Positions 9,251 to 17,411 of a stretch of 42,742 bases of DNA are shown here, one piece after another (the first letter of the stretch is position 1; each line of letters opens with the position of its first letter). The notes beneath the pieces were generated by a model that was not told where the DNA came from, did no database searches, and saw only the letters and a program-made list of their open reading frames with translations. The DNA lies in contig CP070734.1 in assembly GCA_020347605.1 (NCBI GenBank), forward strand, positions 2,690,338-2,733,079, read 5' to 3'. The stretch comes from Deltaproteobacteria bacterium. GTDB taxonomy: Bacteria > Myxococcota_A > UBA9160 > G020347605. Position numbers and translations under genes: made by a program.

Positions 9251-10337
9251 CGCGGGCCCGGCCGGCCGGCGCGCCGCCGTGTCGGAGGCCGCCGGTCCCG
9301 CCGCCGCCGGCTACCGCTGGCCTGCCGAGTGGGAGCCGCACGCGGCCACCTGGCTCTCGTGGCCGCACAACGCCGAGACGTGGCCGGGGGATCGCCTGGC
9401 GCGCGTCCGGCTCACCTTCGCCGCGATCGCGCGCGCGCTCCAAGCCCACGAGCGCGTCTGCATCAACGTCGCGGACGAGGCGATGGAGGCCGACGCCCGG
9501 CGCTGCCTCGCCGCCGCCGGCGTCGACGCGGAGCGCGGCATCTCCTTCTTGCGCAACCCGAGCGACGACGCCTGGCTGCGCGACTGCGGTCCGATCTTCG
9601 TGGTGCGCGAGCGGCCCGGCGCGCGCGAGCGCGCCCTGCTCGACTTCCGGTTCGACGCCTGGGGCGGCAAGTACCCGCCGTGGGATCGGGACGACGCACT
9701 GCCGCGGCGCCTGGCCGCGGCGCTCCAGCTCCCGCGCTTCGAGAGCGCTCTGGTGCTGGAGGGCGGCTCGATCGACGGAAACGGCCGCGGCACCGCGCTC
9801 GTCACCGAGTCGTGCCTCCTGCATCCGAACCGGGGCCGGGGCCGCACCCGCGAGACGCTGGAGCGGGCGCTGGCGGAGCTGCTCGGCGTGCGCTGTGCGC
9901 TCTGGCTCGGCGGCGGCATCGAGGGGGACGACACCGACGGGCACGTCGACGACGTCGCGCGCTTCGTCGACGCGAACACCGTGGTGGCGGCGATCGAGCC
10001 CGACCGCGCGGACCGGAACCACGCGCCCCTGGCCGACAATCTGCGCCGCCTGCGCGGGATGCGCGACGCCGAGGGCAAGCCCCTCTCGGTCGTCACGCTG
10101 CCCATGCCGCCGCGGCTCGAGGCCGACGGCGTCCGGCTGCCCGCGAGCTACGCGAACTTCTATCTCGCGAACGGCGTGGCGCTGGTGCCGACCTTCGGCG
10201 CGGCCTCCGACGCGCGCGCGCTCGCGGTGCTCCGCGAGCTTCTGCCGGGCCGCGACGTCATCGGGATCGAGTGCACCGACCTGGTGTACGGCCTCGGCGC
10301 GATCCACTGCGTGACTCAGCAGGAGCCGGCCGCGTAG
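9228..10337 (+). CDS. aguA: agmatine deiminase (Porphyromonas-type peptidyl-arginine deiminase family)
   Basis: 369-aa ORF with the N-terminal GYRWPAEWEPHAATWLSWPHN motif and the C-terminal catalytic Cys context GAIHCVTQQEP. It overlaps aguB by 23 nt. Confidence 0.88.
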   Translation: MTAERTTDAGPAGRRAAVSEAAGPAAAGYRWPAEWEPHAATWLSWPHNAETWPGDRLARVRLTFAAIARALQAHERVCINVADEAMEADARRCLAAAGVDAERGISFLRNPSDDAWLRDCGPIFVVRERPGARERALLDFRFDAWGGKYPPWDRDDALPRRLAAALQLPRFESALVLEGGSIDGNGRGTALVTESCLLHPNRGRGRTRETLERALAELLGVRCALWLGGGIEGDDTDGHVDDVARFVDANTVVAAIEPDRADRNHAPLADNLRRLRGMRDAEGKPLSVVTLPMPPRLEADGVRLPASYANFYLANGVALVPTFGAASDARALAVLRELLPGRDVIGIECTDLVYGLGAIHCVTQQEPAA

Positions 10338-10344
10338 GTCGAGA

Positions 10345-10461
10345 ACGGGACGCGGCGGGGAGTGCCCGCGCTCCTTCGAGTCGGGCGCGCCGAAGCCGCG
10401 GGATCCGCACGCGGTTGCGCGCCCTCCAGGCGTCGCGCAGGCACTCCCCGCCGCGTCCCGT
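10345..10461. repeat. 22-bp perfect inverted repeat enclosing a 73-nt GC-rich spacer (long hairpin / bidirectional terminator-like or REP-like element)
   Basis: 10345-10366 ACGGGACGCGGCGGGGAGTGCC is the exact reverse complement of 10440-10461 GGCACTCCCCGCCGCGTCCCGT. Inner arms GGCGCGC (10384-90) / GCGCGCC (10417-23) and CCGCG / CGCGG also pair. The element fills the 131-nt gap between convergent aguA and the SLT gene. Confidence 0.85.
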
Positions 10462-10468
10462 GAGGCGT

Positions 10469-11101
10469 CTAGAACGGCCAGAGGCGGAAGCGGGGGCGGT
10501 CGAGCCGCTCCTGACAGGTCGTGAGCTGCGCGGAGTAGGTCCCGGCGCGCCGCTCGACCTTGCGCGCCACGCGCAGGAGCCAGGGCTTGCCGCTGTGCGT
10601 GTTTCGCAGGTATCCGCCGTGACCCTCGTGATAGGCCAGGTAGAAGCGGAACGGGTCGCTCGGCGGCGCGCTGCCGCGCGCCGCGCCGCGTGCCGCGTAC
10701 CAGCCGATGAAGTCCACCGAATCCCCGAAATCGTCCCGGTCCGCGCCGCCGTTGCCCGTATTGCGCTGGTATTCGGACCAGGTCTCCTCGAGCGCTTGCG
10801 CGTAGCCGTACGCCGACGAGACGCGGGGACCGGGAAAGATCCACAGGATGCGCCGGCGCGGCGCCTTCGCGTCCGAACGGAAGCGCGACTCCTGATGCAC
10901 CAGCGCCATCTGCACCGGGATCGGCACGCCCCAGCGCTCGGCGGACCGCTTGGAGGCCCGGTACCAGCTGCGCCGCTCCTCGAAGATGTCGCAGACGTCG
11001 TCCGGATTGCGCGGCGGACCCGAGGTGCAGCCAGGCGGACCGGTGAGCGCCAGAACGGCTGCCAGCGCGCGACCCGCGTGCATGCGGTTCACCCGGCCCA
11101 T
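10469..11101 (-). CDS. SLT-domain lytic transglycosylase-like exported protein / putative lipoprotein
   Basis: The catalytic ES motif is in ALVHQESRFRSDA, followed by AYGYAQALEETW. A signal-like N-terminus (MGRVNRMHAGRALAAVLALTGPPGC) is present. The start is uncertain: ATG 11101, 11083 or 11221. Confidence 0.7.
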   Translation of the reverse strand: MGRVNRMHAGRALAAVLALTGPPGCTSGPPRNPDDVCDIFEERRSWYRASKRSAERWGVPIPVQMALVHQESRFRSDAKAPRRRILWIFPGPRVSSAYGYAQALEETWSEYQRNTGNGGADRDDFGDSVDFIGWYAARGAARGSAPPSDPFRFYLAYHEGHGGYLRNTHSGKPWLLRVARKVERRAGTYSAQLTTCQERLDRPRFRLWPF

Positions 11102-11236
11102 CCACCGCAGACCCACGCCGCGAGAGCGTAACGGACGTAGGCGCGAGCGCACGCGGATCCCGGTCGCCTTCGATTTCGCTTGCATACGCCGGGTTTGCGG
11201 CTCGTATAATGAGCGCGCCAACCGGGAGGGATTCCC

Positions 11237-11542
11237 ATGCGCGCGCGCTTCCTCGTTCCGTTATTGGTGGGGGCCCTGCTCACGACGGGCTGTACGATCC
11301 GCTACTCGCAGAGCCTCGCCTCGGCCATGCCCCAGACCGACGGCCGGGAGGTGCGGTCGAACGACACGGGCTTCTCGCTGCTCAACATCACCCTGAGCGA
11401 GCCGGATTCGGCCCACGATCAGGTCCGCGCGCTGATCGGCGCCTGTTCGCGTCTCACCAAGGTGCAGGTGGACTACCGCGAACTCTCCTTCGTTCTGTTC
11501 GGAATCCCGAAGGTCTCCGTGAAGGGAATCTGCGAGCAATGA
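11237..11542 (+). CDS. small predicted lipoprotein (paralog 1), unknown function
   Basis: 101-aa ORF with the strong SD GGGAGGG 6 nt upstream of ATG 11237. It has a signal peptide with a lipobox-like LLTTGC. GC3 is high in this frame, unlike the antisense ORF 11261..11539. It is a paralog of the next gene. Confidence 0.7.
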   Translation: MRARFLVPLLVGALLTTGCTIRYSQSLASAMPQTDGREVRSNDTGFSLLNITLSEPDSAHDQVRALIGACSRLTKVQVDYRELSFVLFGIPKVSVKGICEQ

Positions 11543-11877
11543 GGCGTCGCGCGGCTCTCCACCCCTGGCTCGCCGCGGCCATCGTGTTCGCGCTGAGCGG
11601 ATCCGGCTGCACGATCCGCTACTCCCAGACGCTCGTCGGTGAGATCGAGCGCATCGAGGGCCGTCCGCTCAAGACGAGCGAATCGGGGTTCGAACTCGGG
11701 GCGGGATTCAACACGGCCGGTCTCACCTTCGTGGAGCCGACAGAGAGCTACCAACTTCTCGACGTCCCGTGCGACCTCGCGCTCAGCCAGGTCGACTATC
11801 GCGGCACCTGGTTCAGCCTCTACTACGTGACGCTCAACTTCCCGAAGGTCGAGACCGCCGCCTACTGCGTACGGTAG
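11539..11877 (+). CDS. small predicted lipoprotein (paralog 2), unknown function
   Basis: 112-aa ORF whose ATG 11539 overlaps the upstream TGA (ATGA coupling). Signal plus lipobox-like ALSGSGC. It shares GCTIRYSQ(S/T)L, SGF, QVDYR and FPKV/IPKV blocks and two conserved Cys with paralog 1. Confidence 0.7.
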   Translation: MRRRAALHPWLAAAIVFALSGSGCTIRYSQTLVGEIERIEGRPLKTSESGFELGAGFNTAGLTFVEPTESYQLLDVPCDLALSQVDYRGTWFSLYYVTLNFPKVETAAYCVR

Positions 11878-12263
11878 GTCCGGATCCGTTCGGCGGGGAT
11901 CAGCGGGGCGTCGTCGCGGATGCCCTCGCACTCGCGCGCGGCCGCGTTCCAGGCCTCGCGCGACGCGAGGTTGCGCGGCCAGAACGGGTAGGCGCGACAT
12001 TGCGCCGGGCGCGCCGCGTAGACCGAGCAGCGTCCGCGCTCGAGGAAGACGCAGTCTCCCGTCCGGCGGTCCTCGAGGAGGGCGTAGCGCTCCCCGACGC
12101 GGCGCAGGTACCGCCGCCCGAAGGCGTCGAGCGAGAGGCCCCGCTGCGCCGCCAGGCGCGCGGCATCCGCCTCGCCCACCCAGGTATAGCCCGCGCCCCC
12201 CGTGCAGCAGGCGCCGCACTCGGTGCACGCGAAGCGCAGGCCGCCGCGGTACCAGCGTTCCAT
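11862..12263 (-). CDS. YkgJ-family cysteine-cluster (CxxCxxCC) protein
   Basis: 133-aa ORF with CTECGACC near the N-terminus and further Cys (GDCVFLERGRCSVY, AQCRAYP), typical of the UPF0153/YkgJ family. It overlaps the convergent lipoprotein gene by 16 nt. Confidence 0.8.
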   Translation of the reverse strand: MERWYRGGLRFACTECGACCTGGAGYTWVGEADAARLAAQRGLSLDAFGRRYLRRVGERYALLEDRRTGDCVFLERGRCSVYAARPAQCRAYPFWPRNLASREAWNAAARECEGIRDDAPLIPAERIRTYRTQ

Positions 12264-12455
12264 CTGCCGTCACCCCCTGGCGCGCGCCCGCGAAGATCCT
12301 ATCGGGCGGCCGCGGCGCGGCCAAACGCCGCGATTCCGATGGCTTGCCCGGCCGGCGCCGCGCGGGTCGCCGGTTTCGCGCGGCCACCACGTTGCGTCGG
12401 CGCGCGAATCCGTTAAACACCTGATGACCCTATCGAACCGCCGGAGTCGAATCCG

Positions 12456-14171
12456 ATGGAAGTCCGCCGTCACGACGTCATCATCGTGGGCGGCGGCGCA
12501 GCGGGTCTGCGCGCCGCCGTCGCAATCGCGGACGCGGACCCCTCCGCCGACGTGGCCCTCGTCTCGAAGGTCTACCCGATGCGGAGCCACACCGTCTCCG
12601 CGGAGGGCGGTGCCGCCGCGGTCGCGCGGCCCGACGACTCGCTCGAGGACCACGCCTTCGACACCGTCAAGGGCTCCGACTTCCTCGGCGATCAGGACGT
12701 GATCCAGTACTTCGTGGAGCAGGCGGCGCGCGAGCTGATCCTGCTCGAGCACTGGGGCTGTCCGTGGAGCCGCAACGAGGACGGCACCGTCGCAACGCGC
12801 GCCTTCGGCGGCATGACGACCAAGCGCACCTGGTTCGCGCGGGACAAGGTCGGCTTCCACATGCTGCACACGCTGTTCCAGCACTCCATGCGCTACGCGC
12901 AGATCCGCCGCTACGACGAGTACTTCGTCACGAAGCTCCTGGTCGACGGCGGTGCCGTGCGCGGGGTGACGGCGCTCGACGTGCGCAGCGGGGAGCTCTT
13001 CGTCATCGCGGCGCGCGCCGTGATCCTCTGCACCGGGGGCGGCGGGCGCGCGTTTCCCTTCACGACCAACGGCAACATCAAGACCGGCGACGGCATGGCG
13101 CTGGCCTACCGGGCCGGCGTGCCGCTCAAGGACATGGAGTTCGTCCAGTACCACCCGACCGGACTGCCGCGCACCGGCATCCTCATCACCGAAGCGGCGC
13201 GCGGCGAAGGCGGCTACGTTCGCAATGCCGACGGCGAGCGCTTCCTGGTCGAGCGCGACTACGGCGTCGGCACCAAGGCCGAGCTCGGCCCGCGCGACAT
13301 GATCTCGCGCGCCATCGTCCAGGAGATCGAGGCCGGGCGCGGCCTCAAGGGCACCTACGGCGAGTACGTGCACCTCGACCTCACGCACCTCGGCGAGGCC
13401 CACATCGAGGCCAAGCTCCCGTTCGTGCGCGAGCTCGCGCGCACCTACGTCGGGGTGGATCCGGTCCACGAGATGATCCCGATCCGACCGGTGGTCCACT
13501 ACATGATGGGCGGCGTGGACGTCGACATCGACGGGGCCACCGACCTGCCCGGACTGTACGCGGCGGGCGAGACGGCCTCCATCTCGATGAACGGCGCCAA
13601 TCGTCTCGGCTCCAACTCGCTGACCGAGTGCCTGGTGTTCGGCGCGCGCTCGGGCGAGAAGGCCCTGGAGTTCGCGCGCGGCTCGAGCGACGCGAGCGAA
13701 GACGTGCTGCGCCAGCAGGGCGCCGAGGAGGGCGCGCGGATCGACGCGCTGCGCGGCAAGCGCAAGGGCGGCGAGAAGATGGCGGTGATCCGCGAGCAGA
13801 TGGCCGCCGCGCTCGAGCGCGGCTGCGGCGTGTACCGCGAGGAGAGCTCGCTGGAGGAGGCCTGCCGGGCCCTCGCCCAGCTCCGCGGCCGTTACGCGGA
13901 CCTGGGGCTCGAAGACGCGAGCCGGGTCTTCAACACGGAGCTCGTCGCGGCGCTCGAGCTCGGCAACATGCTCGACGTCGCGGAGGCGGTCGCCAACTCG
14001 GCGCTGCCGCGCAAGGAGTCGCGCGGCGCGCACACCCGCAAGGACTACCCGCACCGCGACGACCAGAACTTCCTCTACCACACGCTGTGCAGCTTCGATC
14101 CCGGAGGGCCGCGGATCGGCAAGAAGCCGGTCACGCTGGGCCGCTGGGAGCCCCAGGAGCGGAAGTACTGA
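12456..14171 (+). CDS. frdA: fumarate reductase / succinate dehydrogenase flavoprotein subunit
   Basis: 571-aa ORF with the FAD dinucleotide fold [15 protein letters not shown], the covalent-FAD His context [11 protein letters not shown], and the HPTG and RLGSNSL motifs. GGAG lies upstream of ATG 12456. Confidence 0.93.
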   Translation: MEVRRHDVIIVGGGAAGLRAAVAIADADPSADVALVSKVYPMRSHTVSAEGGAAAVARPDDSLEDHAFDTVKGSDFLGDQDVIQYFVEQAARELILLEHWGCPWSRNEDGTVATRAFGGMTTKRTWFARDKVGFHMLHTLFQHSMRYAQIRRYDEYFVTKLLVDGGAVRGVTALDVRSGELFVIAARAVILCTGGGGRAFPFTTNGNIKTGDGMALAYRAGVPLKDMEFVQYHPTGLPRTGILITEAARGEGGYVRNADGERFLVERDYGVGTKAELGPRDMISRAIVQEIEAGRGLKGTYGEYVHLDLTHLGEAHIEAKLPFVRELARTYVGVDPVHEMIPIRPVVHYMMGGVDVDIDGATDLPGLYAAGETASISMNGANRLGSNSLTECLVFGARSGEKALEFARGSSDASEDVLRQQGAEEGARIDALRGKRKGGEKMAVIREQMAAALERGCGVYREESSLEEACRALAQLRGRYADLGLEDASRVFNTELVAALELGNMLDVAEAVANSALPRKESRGAHTRKDYPHRDDQNFLYHTLCSFDPGGPRIGKKPVTLGRWEPQERKY

Positions 14172-14917
14172 TGGGCGAGCAGAAGAAGACGTTCGTCGTC
14201 ACGCGCTTCGATCCGGATCGGGACGACGCGCCGACGACGCGCGAGTACGAGATCGCGGTCCAGCCCGACTGGAAGACCCTCGACGCGCTCAACTTCATCA
14301 AGGACCACGTCGACGGGACGCTCGCCTACCGATGGTCGTGCCGCATGGCCGTGTGCGGAAGCTGCGGGATGATGGTGAACGGCGAGCCGCGGCTCACCTG
14401 CAAGGACGTGCTGAGCCAGTACGGCGACACCGTACACATCGCGCCCCTCGCGAACTTCCCCGTGGTGCGCGACCTGGTCATCGAGTTCGACGGCTTCATG
14501 GAGAAGTTCGAGCGGGTGAAGCCGTGGATCCTTCGCGCCAAGGAGAAGGCGGTCGAGGAAGGCACGCATCGCCAGTCACCCGAGCAGCTGGCGGATTTCC
14601 AGCACTTCAGCATGTGCATCAACTGCATGCTGTGTTACGCGGCGTGTCCCGTGGTGTCGAACGAGCCCGCGTTCCTGGGGCCGGCCGCGATCGCGCTCGG
14701 TCACCGCTACAACCTCGACTCGCGCGACGAGGGAAACGGCGCGCGCAACCAGGTGTTCCGCGGGGACGGGACCGTCTTCTCGTGCTCCTACGCCAACGAG
14801 TGCAGCGAGGTCTGCCCCAAGAAGGTCGACCCGGCCGCTGCGGTGAACCAGGCGAAGATCGGCGCCCTTCTCGACTGGGCGAAGGGCCTGGTGCTGCCGC
14901 GCGGCGGCCCGGAGTAG
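14171..14917 (+). CDS. frdB: fumarate reductase / succinate dehydrogenase iron-sulfur subunit
   Basis: 248 aa, with a TGATG overlap with frdA. Three Cys clusters are present: CRMAVCGSCGMMVNG, CINCMLCYAACP and CSYANECSEVCPK. Confidence 0.93.
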   Translation: MGEQKKTFVVTRFDPDRDDAPTTREYEIAVQPDWKTLDALNFIKDHVDGTLAYRWSCRMAVCGSCGMMVNGEPRLTCKDVLSQYGDTVHIAPLANFPVVRDLVIEFDGFMEKFERVKPWILRAKEKAVEEGTHRQSPEQLADFQHFSMCINCMLCYAACPVVSNEPAFLGPAAIALGHRYNLDSRDEGNGARNQVFRGDGTVFSCSYANECSEVCPKKVDPAAAVNQAKIGALLDWAKGLVLPRGGPE

Positions 14918-14921
14918 TCCC

Positions 14922-15362
14922 ATGTCCGTACCCGCCCACCCCCAGGCCATGGCACCGTCGCGACCCGGACGCACGCGTACGGCGCCGCCGCAGCGACCCG
15001 ACCAGGCGCCGTTCGGGGGCCGCTACCGGTCGCACACGCTGTTCGGCGCGACGGGGTTCGTCTACCTGTTGCTGGGCCTGCTCGCGCTGGAGGCGGTCTG
15101 GGCGCTGGGCGGCGGAAGCGCGTCCTGGTCGGGCTTCCAGGCCAGCCTGGCGAGTCCGTTCATGATCGCGATCCACGCGATCTCGTTCGTCTCGGTGATC
15201 TTCGTCGGCGTGCGCTTCTTCCGCCTGTTCCCCAAGGCGCAGCCGCCGCGCTTGGGCCCCGTGCGGCCGCCGCCGGCGCCCGTGATCATCGCGGCGCTCT
15301 ACGCGGTCTGGATCGGCGCGAGCGTCCTGTTCGCGGCGATCCTGGCCGGGGGGATCCTGTGA
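14922..15362 (+). CDS. frdC: fumarate reductase membrane anchor subunit C
   Basis: 146 aa with three TM helices. The segment GSASWSGFQASLASPFMIAIHAISFVSVIFVGVRFFRLFPKA aligns by eye with E. coli FrdC [42 protein letters not shown]. Confidence 0.8.
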   Translation: MSVPAHPQAMAPSRPGRTRTAPPQRPDQAPFGGRYRSHTLFGATGFVYLLLGLLALEAVWALGGGSASWSGFQASLASPFMIAIHAISFVSVIFVGVRFFRLFPKAQPPRLGPVRPPPAPVIIAALYAVWIGASVLFAAILAGGIL

Positions 15363-15721
15363 TGCACCGCTTCCTGCTGCGCATCGAGCCGATCGTCTGG
15401 CTGCTGTTCGGGCAGGGCGTCCTGATCGGCACCATCCTGCTCACGAGCTGGGTGCTGGTGGTGGGGATGCTGGAGCCGCTCGGGCTCGTCCCCGCGGATG
15501 CGCTGGCGTACGAGCGCGCCCTGCGGCTCGGCGCGCACCCGATCGGCCGGCTCGTGCTGCTGGCGCTCATCGCGCTGCCGCTCTGGAAGGGCGCCCACCA
15601 CCTGCGCCACCTGGCGATCGAGTTCGGCGGACACGCGCGCGACGCGGTCGTGGCGCCCGTCCTGTACGGGCTGGCGGCGCTCGGAAGCCTGGCCGGCCTC
15701 TTCGCGATCATCCGCCTCTAG
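15359..15721 (+). CDS. frdD: fumarate reductase membrane anchor subunit D
   Basis: 120 aa, overlapping the frdC stop (GTGATG). EPLGLVPADALAYERALRLGAHPIGRLVLLALIALPLWKGAHHLRH closely parallels E. coli FrdD [46 protein letters not shown]. Confidence 0.85.
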   Translation: MMHRFLLRIEPIVWLLFGQGVLIGTILLTSWVLVVGMLEPLGLVPADALAYERALRLGAHPIGRLVLLALIALPLWKGAHHLRHLAIEFGGHARDAVVAPVLYGLAALGSLAGLFAIIRL

Positions 15722-15755
15722 CACCCGGCGCACCCCGCCGGCGAGGAGCGCCCCG

Positions 15756-16175
15756 ATGACGATCCCGTTCTGGTGTCTCCTGGGCTTCGCGGGCTGGACC
15801 GTCGCGCTGCTGTTGTCGATCGGCGCGGCCCGCACGATCCCGGTGCTGCAGGGTCGCGCGCGGGCCAGCGAGTTCACCCCCGGCGTTCCGCACGGATCCG
15901 ATCGCTACTGGCGGCTCAACCGCGCCCACCTGAACTGCCTCGAGAACCTGCCGATCTTCGCCGTCCTGGTGTTCCTCGCACAGTTCACGGGCGTCGCGGG
16001 GCCGACCATGGACAACCTGGCGCGCGCGGTGCTGGCCGCGCGGGTCGGCCAGTCGCTCACGCACATCGCGTCGGGCAGCGACACCGCCGTCTTGATCCGC
16101 TTCAGCTTCTTCGGCGTGCAGGTGATCGCGTTCGTCTGGATGGGTCTCCAGCTGGCGACGCGCTCCGGTTCGTGA
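15756..16175 (+). CDS. MAPEG-family membrane protein
   Basis: 139 aa with SD GAGGAG 6 nt upstream of ATG 15756. It has four hydrophobic helices and the R..RAHLNCLENLPIF motif typical of MAPEG proteins. Confidence 0.75.
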   Translation: MTIPFWCLLGFAGWTVALLLSIGAARTIPVLQGRARASEFTPGVPHGSDRYWRLNRAHLNCLENLPIFAVLVFLAQFTGVAGPTMDNLARAVLAARVGQSLTHIASGSDTAVLIRFSFFGVQVIAFVWMGLQLATRSGS

Positions 16176-16197
16176 GGCCGACGAGGCGCTGACGCCC

Positions 16198-17391
16198 GTG
16201 TCCGGTCGCCTCCTCGAAGGGCTCCGCGTTCTCGACCTGACCCGCGTCGTCGCCGGGCCGTTCGCCACCGCGATCCTCTCCGATCTCGGGGCCGACGTGA
16301 TCAAGGTCGAGCGACCCCGGACGGGCGACGACTACCGCTACGGCCCGTCCCGCAAGGGCGAGACCTCGCTCTCCTTCCAGAACACGAATCGCGGCAAGCG
16401 TTCCATCACGCTCGATGTCCGCCGCCCCGAGGGCCGCGAGATCTTCCTGCGCCTCGTCGAAGCTGCCGACGCGGTGGTGGAGAACTTCCGATCCGGCTTC
16501 CTGGCGGCACAGGGTCTCGGCCCCGACGTGATCCAGGCGCACAATCCCCGCTGCGTCGTCGCCTCGCTGTCGGGCTTCGGCGCGACGGGTCCGCGCGCCG
16601 GCCACGCGTCGTACGACATCGTGGCGCAGGCGAGCGGCGGTCTCCTGGCGATGACCGGCTTCGCGGACGGCCCCCCCGTGCGCGGCGGCGGCGCGCTCGG
16701 CGACTTCGTCGGCGGTCTGTACCTGGGCATCGGGGTGGTGGCGGCGCTCCTCGAGCGCGAGCGAACCGGTCGCGCCCGGGTCTGCGACCTCTCGAACCAG
16801 GACGCGGTCTTCGCCATCACCGATTCGATGGCCACGATCGCAGCGGGACTGGGCGAGCGCGCGCAGCGCGTCGGGAACCAGCACCCCTACGTGGCCCCCT
16901 ACGACAGCTACGCGGCCCGGGATGGCTTCGTGGTGATCGGGACGGCGAGCAACAAGCTGTTCCGGCGCGTCTGCGAAGCCATCGGGCGTCCCGAGCTGTC
17001 GAAGGACGCGCGGTTTCGCAGTCACCGCGACCGCGCCCGGAACCGCGCCGAGCTCAACGCCATCGTGGCGAACTGGGTCCGGGCGCGCAGCTGCGACGAG
17101 GTCCTGGCGGAGCTCGGTCCCGGCGCCGCGGACGTGCCGTGTGCGCGCGTCTCGGCTCCGGACGAGCTGCTCGACGACCCGCAGCTCCTGGCGCGCGGCA
17201 TGATCGAGCGGCAGCCGCACCCGCAGCTCGGCGAGATCGTGTTCCACGGCAATCCGCTGCGCTTCGAAGGCGCGGAGCCGCGCGCGCGGCCGCTCGCGCC
17301 CGCCCTCGGCGAGCACAACCGCGAGGTCTACGCCGAGATCGGCCTCACGGCGGGCGACCTCGAACGGCTCGCCGAGGACGGCGTGATCTGA
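16198..17391 (+). CDS. family III CoA-transferase (CaiB/BaiF family)
   Basis: 397 aa. The N-terminal LEGLRVLDLTRVVAGPFATAILSDLGADVIKVERP is the family hallmark. Confidence 0.9.
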   Translation: MSGRLLEGLRVLDLTRVVAGPFATAILSDLGADVIKVERPRTGDDYRYGPSRKGETSLSFQNTNRGKRSITLDVRRPEGREIFLRLVEAADAVVENFRSGFLAAQGLGPDVIQAHNPRCVVASLSGFGATGPRAGHASYDIVAQASGGLLAMTGFADGPPVRGGGALGDFVGGLYLGIGVVAALLERERTGRARVCDLSNQDAVFAITDSMATIAAGLGERAQRVGNQHPYVAPYDSYAARDGFVVIGTASNKLFRRVCEAIGRPELSKDARFRSHRDRARNRAELNAIVANWVRARSCDEVLAELGPGAADVPCARVSAPDELLDDPQLLARGMIERQPHPQLGEIVFHGNPLRFEGAEPRARPLAPALGEHNREVYAEIGLTAGDLERLAEDGVI

Positions 17392-17411
17392 ACGCCGATC
17401 CCGCTCTCGCC

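Noticed and set aside
12298-12459. Short direct repeats (CCTATCG twice, TCCGATGG twice) in the ykgJ / frdA divergent region
   Set aside because: The repeats are only 7-8 nt, their spacing is inconsistent, and the second TCCGATGG includes the frdA start codon itself. They are indistinguishable from chance without comparative data.
16102-17316. A 404-aa minus-strand ORF antisense to the CoA-transferase gene
   Set aside because: The plus-strand frame has the unmistakable CaiB/BaiF N-terminal motif, and the antisense product has no motifs.
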